Source of the DNA: Mobula hypostoma
Lineage: Eukaryota
Direction of reading: 5' to 3'
Assembly: GCF_963921235.1 (NCBI RefSeq)
Contig: NC_086097.1
Location: 254,326,001 to 254,390,000, forward strand
DNA length: 64,000 nucleotides
Positions 51,075 through 61,799 of the stretch are shown piece by piece. The notes beneath the pieces were generated by a model, which ran no database searches, was not told the DNA's origin, and saw only the letters and a list, made by a program, of their open reading frames with translations. Position numbers and translations under genes: made by a program. How positions within the stretch are numbered: the first letter of the stretch is position 1; every line of letters begins with the position of its first letter.

Positions 51075-52630
51075 AAAATACATTGGGATGGGTAAGTCCC
51101 CGGGGCCTGACGGAATATTCCCCAGGCTGCTCCATGAGGCGAGAGATTGCTGAGCCTCTGGCTAGGATCTTTATGTTCTCATTGTCTACGGGAATGGTAC
51201 TGGAGGATTGGAGGGAGGGGAATGTTGTCCCCTTGTTCAAAAAAGGTAATAGGGATAGTCCAGGTAATTATAGACCAGTGAGCCTCATGTCTGTAGTGGG
51301 AAAGCTGTTGGAAAAGATTCTTAGAGATAGGATCTATGGGCATTTAGAGAATCATGGTCTGATCAGGGACAGTCAGCATGGCTTTGTGAAGGGCAGATCG
51401 TGTCTAACAAGGCTGATAGAGTTCTTTGAGGAGGTGACCAGGCATATAGATGAGGGTAGTGCAGTGGATGTGATCTATATGGATTTTAGTAAGGCATTTG
51501 ACAAGGTTCCACGTGGTAGACTATTCAGAAAGTCAGAAGGCATGGGATCCAGGGAAGTTTGGCCAGGTGGATTCAGAATTGGCTCGCCTGCAGAAGGCAG
51601 AGGGTGGTGGTGGAGGGAGTACATTCATTTTGGAGGATTGTGACTAGTGGTGTCCCACAAGGATTGGTTCTGGGACCTCTACTTTTCGTGATTTTTATTA
51701 ACGACCTGGATGTCGGGGTAGAGGGGTGGGTTGGCAAGTTTGCAGACAACACAAAGGTTGGTGGTGTTGTGGATAGTGTAGAGGATTGTTGAAGATTGCA
51801 GAGAGACATTGATAGGATGCAGAAGTGGGCTGAGAAGTGGCAGATGGAGTTCAACCCGGAGAAGTGTGAGATGGTACACTTTGGAAGGACAAACTCCAAG
51901 GCAGAGTACAAAGTAAATGGCAGGATACTCGGTAGTGTGGAGGAGCAGAGGGGTCTCGGGGTACATGCCCACAGGTCCCTGAAAGCTGTCTCACAGGTAG
52001 ATAGGTTAGTTAAGAAAGCTTATGGGGTGTTAGCTTTCATAAGTCGAGGGATAGAGTTTAAGAGTCGCGAGGTAATGATGCAGCTCTATAAAACTCTGGT
52101 TTGGCCACACTTGGAGTACTGTGTCCAGTTCTGGTGCCTCACTATAGGAAGGATGTGGAAGCTTTGGAAAGGGTACAGAGGAGATTTACCAGGATGCTGC
52201 CTGGTTTAGAGAGTATGCATTATGATCAGAGATTAAGGGAGCTAGGGCTTTACTCTTTGGAGAGAAGGAGGATAAGAGGAGACATGATAGAGGTGTACAA
52301 GATAATAAGAGGAATAGATAGAGTAGATAGCCAGCGCCTCTTCCACAGGGCACCACTGCTCAATACAAGAGGACATGGCTTTAAGATAAGGGGTGGGAAG
52401 TTCAAGGGGGATATTAGAGGAAGGTTTTTTACTCAGAGAGTGGTTGGTGCGTGGAATGCACTGCCTGAGTCAGTGGTGGAGGCAGATACACTCGTGAAGT
52501 TTAAGAGACTACTAGACAGGTATATGGAGGAATTTAAGGTGGGGGGTTATATGGGAGGCAGGGTTTGAGGGTCAGCACAACATTGTGGGCCGAAGGGCCT
52601 GTACTGTGCTGTACTATTCTATGTTCTATT
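51075..52630 (+). mobile_element. CR1 RT through 3' end with few disruptions
   Basis: ORFs 51083-51643, 51559-51792, 51796-52209 and 52101-52568; TTCTATG tail. Confidence 0.9.
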
Positions 52631-52989
52631 ATGATCACTTGCTCTTAAGGGTTCCTTTACATTAAGTTCCCTAATAAGATCTGGGTTATAATACAACAAC
52701 CAATCTAAGGTAGCATTTTCTCAAGTAGGCTCAGGGGGAAGATGTATCACAGAGACAAAATTCATAAGGGTTAAGAGTACAGGACTGAGGGTGCTGTATG
52801 TAGCATTCAGAATAAGGTGTATGAACACAGGTGCAATTAGAGATTGATCTGTATGATGTTGTGGGCATCACTGAGTCGCGGCCGAAGGAAGGTCATAGTT
52901 AGGAGTTCAACATCAAAGGAGATACTTTGTACCGAAAGGACAGACAGGAAGGCGTAGATGGTGGTGTGGCTCTTTTGGTAATAGATGGA

Positions 52990-54447
52990 GTGGCTAATGT
53001 AACCCCACTTTTTAAAAAAGGAGGGAGAGAGAAACCGGGGAATTATAGGCCGGTTAGCCTAACGTCGGTGGTGGGGAAACTGCTGGAGTCAGTTATCAAG
53101 GATGTGATAACAGCACATTTGGAAAGCGGTGAAATGATCGGACAAAGTCAGCATGGATTTGTGAAAGGAAAATCATGTCTGACGAATCTCATAGAATTTT
53201 TTGAGGATGTAACTAGTAGAGTGGATAGGGGAGAACCAGTGGATGTGGTATATTTGGATTTTCAAAAGGCTTTTGACAAGGTCCCACATAGGAGATTAGT
53301 GTGCAAACTTAAAGCACACGGTATTGGGGGTAAGGTATTGGTGTGGGTGGAGAATTGGTTAGCAGACAGGAAGCAAAGAGTGGGAATAAACGGGACCTTT
53401 TCAGAATGGCAGGCGGTGACTAGTGGGGTACCGCAAGGCTCAGTGCTGGGACCCCAGTTGTTTACAATATATATTAATGACTTGGATGAGGGAATTAAAT
53501 GCAGCATCTCCAAGTTTGCGGATGACACGAAGCTGGGTGGCAGTGTTAGCAGTGAGGAGGATGCTAAGAGGATGCAGGGTGACTTGGATAGGTTGGGTGA
53601 GTGGGCAAACTCATGGCAGATGCAATTTAATGTGGATAAATGTGAAGTTATCCACTTTGGTGGCAAAAATAGGAAAACAGATTATTATCTGAATGGTGGC
53701 CGATTAGGAAAAGGGGAGGTGCAACGAGACCTGGGTGTCATTATACACCAGTCATTGAAAGTGGGCATGCAGGTACAGCAGGCGGTGAAAAAGGCGAACG
53801 GTATGCTGGCATTTATAGCGAGAGGATTCGAGTACAGGAGCAGGGAGGTACTACTGCAGTTGTACAAGGCCTTGGTGAGACCACACCTGGAGTATTGTGT
53901 GCAGTTTTGGTCCCCTAATCTGAGGAAAGACATCTTTGCCATAGAGGGAGTACAAAGAAGGTTCACCAGATTGATTCCTGGGATGGCAGGTCTTTCATAT
54001 GAAGAAAGACTGGATGAACTGGGCTTGTACTCGTTGGAATTTAGAAGATTGAGGGGGGATCTGATTGAAACGTATAAGATCCTAAAGGGATTGGACAGGC
54101 TCGATGCAGGAAGATTGTTCCCGATGTTGGGGAGGTCTAGAACAAGGGGTCACAGTTTGAGGATAGAGGGGCAGCCTTTTAGGACCGAGGTTAGGAAAAA
54201 CTTCTTCACACAGAGAGTGGTGAATCTGTGGAATTCTCTGCCACAGCAAACTGTTGAGGCCAGTTCATTAGCTATGTTTAAAAGGAAGTTAGATATGGCC
54301 CTTGTGGCTACAGGGGTCAGGGGGTATGGAGGGAAGGCTGGGGCGGGGTTCTGAGTTGGATGATCAGCCATGATCATAATAAATGGCGGTGCAGGCTCGA
54401 AGGGCCGAATGGCCTACTCCTGCACCTATTTTCTATGTTTCTATGTT
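52990..54447 (+). mobile_element. Young CR1 copy C, 5'-truncated, inside an older CR1 (~52740-57035)
   Basis: Open RT from VANVTPLFKK to KAGAGF*; host EN sequence GGGVALLV before it and YRPP after it. Confidence 0.95.
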
Positions 54448-57035
54448 AAGTTACATCTTTCGAAATAAATAGCATTGGGTCAGAGAATGTTGAATCTTTG
54501 TGGGTGGAGTTAAGAAATTGCAAGGGTGAAAAAAACATTATAGGAATCATATATAGGCCTCCAAAGAGTAGCCAAGGTGTGAGGTTGAGATTGCAAAGGG
54601 AGCCGAAAACCCTAACCCTTATAAGGATAATATCACAATTATAATGGGGGACTTCAATATGCAAGGGAGTTGGTGTTGGATCACAAAAGAGTAATTTGTT
54701 AAATGCCTATGAGATGGCTTTTTAGAGCAGTTTGTGCTTGAGCCTACTCCGGGAAAGGCTATCTTAGACTGGGTGTTGGGTAATAACCCAGAAGTTATTA
54801 GGGAGCTTAACGTAAAGGAACCCTTAGGAAGCAGTGATCATAATATGATTGAATTCATACTGCAATTTGAAAGGGAGAAATGCATGTCACGTGTATCAGT
54901 ATTGCAATGGAATAAAGGGAATTGCAGAGGCATGAGAGAGGAGATTTCCCAGGTGGATTGGAGGAGGATACTGGCTGGGATGAAGTTTCTCGAAATAGTT
55001 CACATGCCATAGGATATATATATCCCACAGAAGTTGTTCTCAAATGGCAGGGCTAGGCAACTGTGACTGACAAGGGAAGTCAAAGACTGTATAAAAGTGA
55101 AGGGAAAGATATATAGTGTAGCAAAAGTGACTGGGAAGTTGGATGATTGGGAGGCTCTTAAAATCCAACAAAAGGCAACTAAAAAGCTATATAGGGGAAA
55201 GAGAAAATATGAGGTCAGACTAGCCAATAGTATAAAGCAGGATACCGAAATTTTTTTACATAAAAAAAAAAGGAAGGCAAGAGTTGATATTGGACCACTG
55301 GAAAATGATGCTGGTGAGGTGGTAACGAGAGACAAGGAAATGACAGATGAACTTAATAAGTCCTTAGCTGTATTCTCACTGTGGAAGACACAAGCAGTGT
55401 GCCAGAGGTCCGTGAGTGTCGGGAGCAGGAGTGAGTGCCATTGCTATTACAGAGGAAAAAGTTTTAAGCAAACTCAAAGGTCTCAAGGTAGACAAGTCAC
55501 CTGGACCAGGTGTACTACATCCCAGAGTCCTGAGAGAGGTTGCTGAAGAAATAACGGGCGCATTGGTCATGATCTTTCAGGAATCACTTGATTCTGTCAT
55601 GGTCCTGGAGAACTGGACAATTGCAAATGTCACTCCATTCTTTAAGAAGGGAGGAAGACAAAAGAAAGGAACTTATAGGCTAGTTAGCATAACCTCAGTG
55701 GTTGGGAAAGTTTTGGAATCCATTATTAAGGACAAGGTTTTGTGGTATTTGGAGAGGAATGATAAAATAACTCAAATTTAGCATGCTTTCTGGAAAGGGA
55801 AATCTTGCCCGACAAATCTGTTAGAATTCTTCGAGATAGTAACAAGCAGCGTTGACAAACGAGAGGCATTGATGTCATTTACTTAGATTTTCAGAAGGCA
55901 CTTAATAAGATGCCTCACCTGAGGCTGCCTAACACGATAACATCCTATGGCATTACAGGAAAGACAGTGGTGTGGACATAGGAATGGCTGAAATGCAGGA
56001 GGCAGTGAGTGGGGATAAAAGGGGCCTTTCTGGTTGGCTGCCAGTAACTAGTGGTGTTCCTCAGGGATCAGTATAGAGACTGCTATTTTTCACGTTGTTT
56101 GTCAATGAGTGAGAGTGTGGAATTAATGGTTTTGTGGCATAGTTTGGGGATGACAGGTGGAGGTGGGGTAGCTAGTGCTGAGGAAATCATGCAATTAGAA
56201 ACACAGAAAACCTACAGCACAATACAGGCCCTTTGGCCCACCATGCTGTGCAGAACATGTACTTACTTTAGAAATTACCTAGGGTTACCCATAGCCATCT
56301 ATTTTTCTAAGCTCCATGTACCTATCCAGGAATCTCTTAAAAGACCCTATTGTATCCGCCTCCACTACCATCACTGGCAGCCCATTCCACGCACTCACCA
56401 CTCTCTGTGTAAAAACCGTAACTCTGACATCTCCTCTGTACCTACTTCCAAGCACCTTAAAACAGTGCCCTGTCATGTCAGCCATTTCAGCCCTGGGAAA
56501 AAGACTCTGATTATCCACACAATCAATGCCTCCCATCATCTTATACACCTCTATCAGGTCACCTCTCATCCTCCGTCGCTCCAAGGAGAAAAGGCCAAGT
56601 TCACTCAACTTATTCTCATAATCTCCTCTAGAACCCTTTCCATAGTTTCCACATCCTTCCTGTAGTAAGGTGACCAGAACAGAGCACAGTACTGGAGTAG
56701 TACTCCAATTCTAGAAGGACTTAGACCAATTGGAAGAATAGGCAAAAAAGTGGCAGATGGAATACAGTGTTGGGGAATATATGATAATGCATTTTAGTGA
56801 AAAGGAACAATAGTGCAGACTATTATCTAAATGGGGAGAAGGTTCAAACATCAGAGGCACAAAGGGACTTCGGAGTCCTCATACAAGACTTCCAGAAGGT
56901 TAATTCACAGGTTCAGTCTGTGGTAAAGAAGGCAAATGCAATGTTGGGGTTTATTTCAATGGGAATAGAAAATGAAAACAAGGAGATAATGCTGAAGTTT
57001 TATCGGACTCTAGTAAGGTCGCATGGAGTATTGTA
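54448..57035 (+). mobile_element. Old CR1 EN/RT with a nested minus-strand CR1 3' fragment (~56197-56700)
   Basis: ORFs 54734-55012 (SDHNMIEF), 55416-55781, 56797-57036 and 56285-56608(-). Confidence 0.8.
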
Positions 57036-58784
57036 AGACCATAAGATATAGGAGCAGAAGCAGGCCATTCAGTCCATCGAGTCTGCTCTGCCATTCAATC
57101 ATGGGCTGATCCAATTCTTCCAGTCATCCCCACTCCCCTGCCTTCACCCCATACCCTTTGATGCCCTGGCTAATCAAGAACCTATCTATCTCTGCCTTAA
57201 ATGCACCCAATGACTTGGCCTCCACAGCAGCTTGTGGCAACAAATTCCATAGATTTACCACCCTCTGACGAAAGTAATTTCTCCGCATTTCAGTTCTAAA
57301 TGGATGTTCTTCAATCCTGAAGTCGTGCCCTCTTGTCCCAGGATCCCCTACCATGGAAAATAGCTTTTCCATATCTAATCTGTTCAGGGCTTTTAACATT
57401 CGGAATGTTTCTATGAGATCACCCCTCATTCCCCTGAACTCCAGGAATACAGCCCAAGAGCTGCCAGACATTCCTCACATGGTAACCCTTTCATTCCTGC
57501 AATGATTCTTGTGAATCTTCTCTGAACTCTCTTCAATGTCAGTTAATCCTTTCTAAAATAAGAGCCCAATACTCCAAGTGTGGTCTCTTGAGTGCCTTAT
57601 AGAGCCGCAATGTCACATCCCTGCTCTTATATTCTATACCTCTCGAAGTGAATGCCAATATTGCATTTCCTTCTCTGCATTTTGAATACTCTCCACATCT
57701 AAATGATAGTCTGCCGGTTTATTTCTTCCACCAAAGTGCATGACCATACACTATCCAACATTGTATTTCATTTGCCACTTCTTTGCCCATTCCCCTAAAC
57801 TTCTGCAGTCTCTCTGTTTTCTCAACACTACCCACTCCTCCACCTATCTTTGTATCATCAGCAAATTTAGCCGCAAATCCATTAATCCCATAATCCAAAT
57901 CATTGACACAAAAAGCAGTGATCCCAACACTGACCCCTGTGGAACTCCACTGGTAACCGGCAGCCAGCCAGAATAGGATCCCTTTATTCCCACTCTCTGC
58001 TTTCTGCCAACTAGCCAATGCTCCAACCACACTGGTAACTTCCCTGTAATTCCATGGGCTCTTATCTTGTTAAGCAGCCTCATGTGCAGCACCTTGTCAA
58101 AGGCCTTCTGAAAATCCAAGTGTCAACTGCATCTCCTTTGTCTACCCTGCTTGTAATTTCCTCAAGGAATTGCAGTAGGTTAGTGAGGCAGGAATTTCCT
58201 TTCAGGAAACCATGCTGGCTTTGGCCTATCTAGTCATGTACCTCCAGGTATTCCATAATCTCTTCCCTAACAATTGATTCCAACAACTTCATAACCACTG
58301 ATGTCAGGCTAACAGGTCTATAGTTTCCTTTATGCTGCCTCCCACCCTTCTTAAATAGCGGAATAACATTCACAATTTTCCAGTCATCCAGTACAATGCC
58401 AGGATCTATTGATTCTTGAATGATCATTGCTAATGCCTCCGCAATCTCTCCAACTACTTCCTTCAGAACCCGAGGGTGCATTCCATCAGGTCCAGGAGAT
58501 ATATCCACTCTCAAACCATTAAGCTTCCTGAGCACTTTCTCAGTCGTAATTTTCACTGCACGAACATTCACTTCCCTGACACTCTTGAATGTCCAGTATA
58601 CTACAGATGTTTTCCACTGTGAAGACCAATGCAAAATATGTATTCAGTTCCTCTGCCATCTCTGCATCTCTCATTACAATATCTCCAGCATCATGTGTGA
58701 CCTGTACAAAAAGGACGGGTTACACTTAAATCCTAGGGGGACCAATATCCTGGCAGGGAGATTAGCGGGGGCTACCGAGGTGAC

Positions 58785-58794
58785 TTTAAACTAG
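58785..58794 (+). promoter_or_regulatory. Candidate -1 frameshift slippery site T TTA AAC followed by the ORF1 stop
   Basis: ORF1 frame ACT TTA AAC TAG; -1 frame TTT AAA CTA GAA TGG TTG is the ORF2 frame. Confidence 0.7.
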
Positions 58795-58799
58795 AATGG

Positions 58800-61799
58800 T
58801 TGGGGGGTGGGAATCAAATTAAAGAGGCTAGGTGTGAGGAGGTTAGTTCACAACAGAGGGATGGGAACCAGTGCAGAGAGACAGAGGGATGTAAAGTGAG
58901 CGTAGAAGCAAAAAGTACAAAGGGGAAAAGTAAAAGTGGCAGGCCGACAAATCCAGGGCAAGCATTAAAAAGGGCTAAGAGAGTTGTAAAAGAGCGCCTG
59001 AAGGCTTTATGTGTCAATGCAAGGAGCATTCGTAATAAGGTGGATGAATTGAAAGTGCAGATTGTTATTAATGATTATGATATAGTTGGGATCACAGAGA
59101 CATGGCTCCAGGGTGACCAGGGATGGGAGCTCAACGTTCAGGGATATTCAATATTCAGGAGGGATAGACATGAAGGAAGGGGAGGTGGGGTGGCGTTGCT
59201 GGTTAAAAAAGAGATTAACGCAATAGAAAGGAAGGACATAAGCCGGGAAGATGTGGAATCGATATGGGTAGAGCTGCGTAACACTAAGGGGCAGAAGACG
59301 CTGGTGGGAGTTGTGTACAGGCCACCTAACAGTAGTAGTGAGGTCGGAGATGGTATTAAACAGGAAATTAGAAATGTGTGCAATAAAGGAACAGCAGTTA
59401 TAATGGGTGACTTCAATCTACATGTAGACTGGGTGAACCAAATTGGTAAAGGTGCTGAGGAAGAGGATTTCTTGGAATGTATGCGGGATGGTTTTTTGAA
59501 CCAACATGTCGAGGAACCGACTAGAGAGCAGGCTATTCTGGACTGGGTTTTGAGCAATGAGGAAGGGTTAATTAGCGATCTTGTCGTGAGAGGCCCCTTG
59601 GGTAAGAGTGACCATAATATGGTGGAATTCTTCATTAACATGGAGAGTGACGTAGTTAATTCAGAAACAAAGGTTCTGAACTTAAAGAGGGGTAACTTTG
59701 AAGGTATGAGTCGTGAATTAGCTAAGATAGACTGGCAAATGACACTTCAAGGATTGACGGTGGATATGCAATGGCAGGCATTTAAAGGTTGCATGGATGA
59801 ACTACAACAATTGTTCATCCCAGTTTGGCAAAAGAATAAATCAAGGAAGGTAGTGCACCCGTGGCTGACAAGAGAAATTAGGGATAGTATCAATTCCAAA
59901 GAAGTAGCATACAAATTAGCCAGAGAAAGTGGCTCACCTGAGGACTGGGATAAATTCAGAGTTCAGCAGAGGAGGACAAAGGGCTTAATTAGGAAGGGGA
60001 AAAAAGATTATGAGAGAAAACTGGCAGAGAACATAAAAACGGACTGTAAAAGCTTTTATAGATATGTAAAAAGGAAAAGACTGATAAAGACAAATGTAGG
60101 TCCCCTGCAAACAGAAACAGGTGAATTGATTATGGGGAGCAAGGACATGGCAGACCAATTGAATAATTACTTTGGTTCTGTCTTCACTAAGGAGGACATA
60201 AATAATCTTCCAGAAATAGTAAGGGACAGAGGGTCCAGTGAGATGGAGGAACTGAGCGAAATACATGTTAGTAGGGAAGTGGTGTTAGGTAAATTGAAGG
60301 GATTGAAGGCAGATAAATCCCCAGGGCCAGATGGTCTGCATCCCAGAGTGCTTAAGGAAGTAGCCCAAGAAATAGTGGATGCATTAGTGATAATTTTTCA
60401 AAACTCGTTAGATTCTGGACTAGTTCCTGAGGATTGGAGGGTGGCTAATGTAACCCCACTTTTTAAAAAAGGAGGGAGAGAGAAACCGGGGAATTATAGG
60501 CCGGTTAGCCTAACGTCGGTGGTGGGGAAACTGCTGGAGTCAGTTATCAAGGATGTGATAACAGCACATTTGGAAAGCGGTGAAATGATCGGACAAAGTC
60601 AGCATGGATTTGTGAAAGGAAAATCATGTCTGACGAATCTCATAGAATTTTTTGAGGATGTAACTAGTAGAGTGGATAGGGGAGAACCAGTGGATGTGGT
60701 ATATTTGGATTTTCAAAAGGCTTTTGACAAGGTCGCACACAGGAGATTAGTGTGCAAACTTAAAGCACACGGTATTGGGGGTAAGGTATTGGTGTGGGTG
60801 GAGAATTGGTTAGCAGACAGGAAGCAAAGAGTGGGAATAAACGGGACCTTTTCAGAATGGCAGGCGGTGACTAGTGGGGTACCGCAAGGCTCAGTGCTGG
60901 GACCCCAGTTGTTTACAATATATATTAATGACTTGGATGAGGGAATTAAATGCAGCATCTCCAAGTTTGCGGATGACACGAAGCTGGGTGGCAGTGTTAG
61001 CAGTGAGGAGGATGCTAAGAGGATGCAGGGTGACTTGGATAGGTTGGGTGAGTGGGCAAACTCATGGCAGATGCAATTTAATGTGGATAAATGTGAAGTT
61101 ATCCACTTTGGTGGCAAAAATAAGAAAACAGATTATTATCTGAATGGTGGCCGATTAGGAAAAGGGGAGGTGCAACGAGACCTGGGTGTCATTATACACC
61201 AGTCATTGAAAGTGGGCATGCAGGTACAGCAGGCGGTGAAAAAGGCGAACGGTATGCTGGCATTTATAGCGAGAGGATTCGAGTACAGGAGCAGGGAGGT
61301 ACTACTGCAGTTGTACAAGGCCTTGGTGAGACCACACCTGGAGTATTGTGTGCAGTTTTGGTCCCCTAATCTGAGGAAAGACATCTTTGCCATAGAGGGA
61401 GTACAAAGAAGGTTCACCAGATTGATTCCTGGGATGGCAGGTCTTTCATATGAAGAAAGACTGGATGAACTGGGCTTGTACTCGTTGGAATTTAGAAGAT
61501 TGAGGGGGGATCTGATTGAAACGTATAAGATCCTAAAGGGATTGGACAGGCTAGATGCGGGAAGATTGTTCCCGATGTTGGGGAGGTCCAGAACGAGGGG
61601 TCACAGTTTGAGGATAGAGGGGAAGCCTTTTAGGACCGAGATTAGGAAAAACTTCTTCACACAGAGAGTGGTGAATCTGTGGAATTCTCTGCCACAGCAA
61701 ACTGTTGAGGCCAGTTCATTAGCTATGTTTAAAAGGAAGTTAGATATGGCCCTTGTGGCTACAGGGGTCAGGGGGTATGGAGGGAAGGCTGGGTTCTGA
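58800..61799 (+). CDS. CR1 ORF2: AP-like endonuclease plus reverse transcriptase, intact, no AUG start
   Basis: EN motifs NARS, ITETW, YRPP, GDFN, SDH; RT motifs YLDFQKAFD, GVPQGS, FADD; 999 codons without a stop. The annotated start codon is TTG and the frame is open from 58737. Confidence 0.95.
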   Translation: MGGGNQIKEARCEEVSSQQRDGNQCRETEGCKVSVEAKSTKGKSKSGRPTNPGQALKRAKRVVKERLKALCVNARSIRNKVDELKVQIVINDYDIVGITETWLQGDQGWELNVQGYSIFRRDRHEGRGGGVALLVKKEINAIERKDISREDVESIWVELRNTKGQKTLVGVVYRPPNSSSEVGDGIKQEIRNVCNKGTAVIMGDFNLHVDWVNQIGKGAEEEDFLECMRDGFLNQHVEEPTREQAILDWVLSNEEGLISDLVVRGPLGKSDHNMVEFFINMESDVVNSETKVLNLKRGNFEGMSRELAKIDWQMTLQGLTVDMQWQAFKGCMDELQQLFIPVWQKNKSRKVVHPWLTREIRDSINSKEVAYKLARESGSPEDWDKFRVQQRRTKGLIRKGKKDYERKLAENIKTDCKSFYRYVKRKRLIKTNVGPLQTETGELIMGSKDMADQLNNYFGSVFTKEDINNLPEIVRDRGSSEMEELSEIHVSREVVLGKLKGLKADKSPGPDGLHPRVLKEVAQEIVDALVIIFQNSLDSGLVPEDWRVANVTPLFKKGGREKPGNYRPVSLTSVVGKLLESVIKDVITAHLESGEMIGQSQHGFVKGKSCLTNLIEFFEDVTSRVDRGEPVDVVYLDFQKAFDKVAHRRLVCKLKAHGIGGKVLVWVENWLADRKQRVGINGTFSEWQAVTSGVPQGSVLGPQLFTIYINDLDEGIKCSISKFADDTKLGGSVSSEEDAKRMQGDLDRLGEWANSWQMQFNVDKCEVIHFGGKNKKTDYYLNGGRLGKGEVQRDLGVIIHQSLKVGMQVQQAVKKANGMLAFIARGFEYRSREVLLQLYKALVRPHLEYCVQFWSPNLRKDIFAIEGVQRRFTRLIPGMAGLSYEERLDELGLYSLEFRRLRGDLIETYKILKGLDRLDAGRLFPMLGRSRTRGHSLRIEGKPFRTEIRKNFFTQRVVNLWNSLPQQTVEASSLAMFKRKLDMALVATGVRGYGGKAGF

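Noticed and set aside
58796..58822. ATG just after the ORF1 stop as a reinitiation start for ORF2
   Set aside because: It is out of frame with ORF2, terminates after 8 codons, and is absent from the other plus-strand junctions (GAATTG, GAGTTG).
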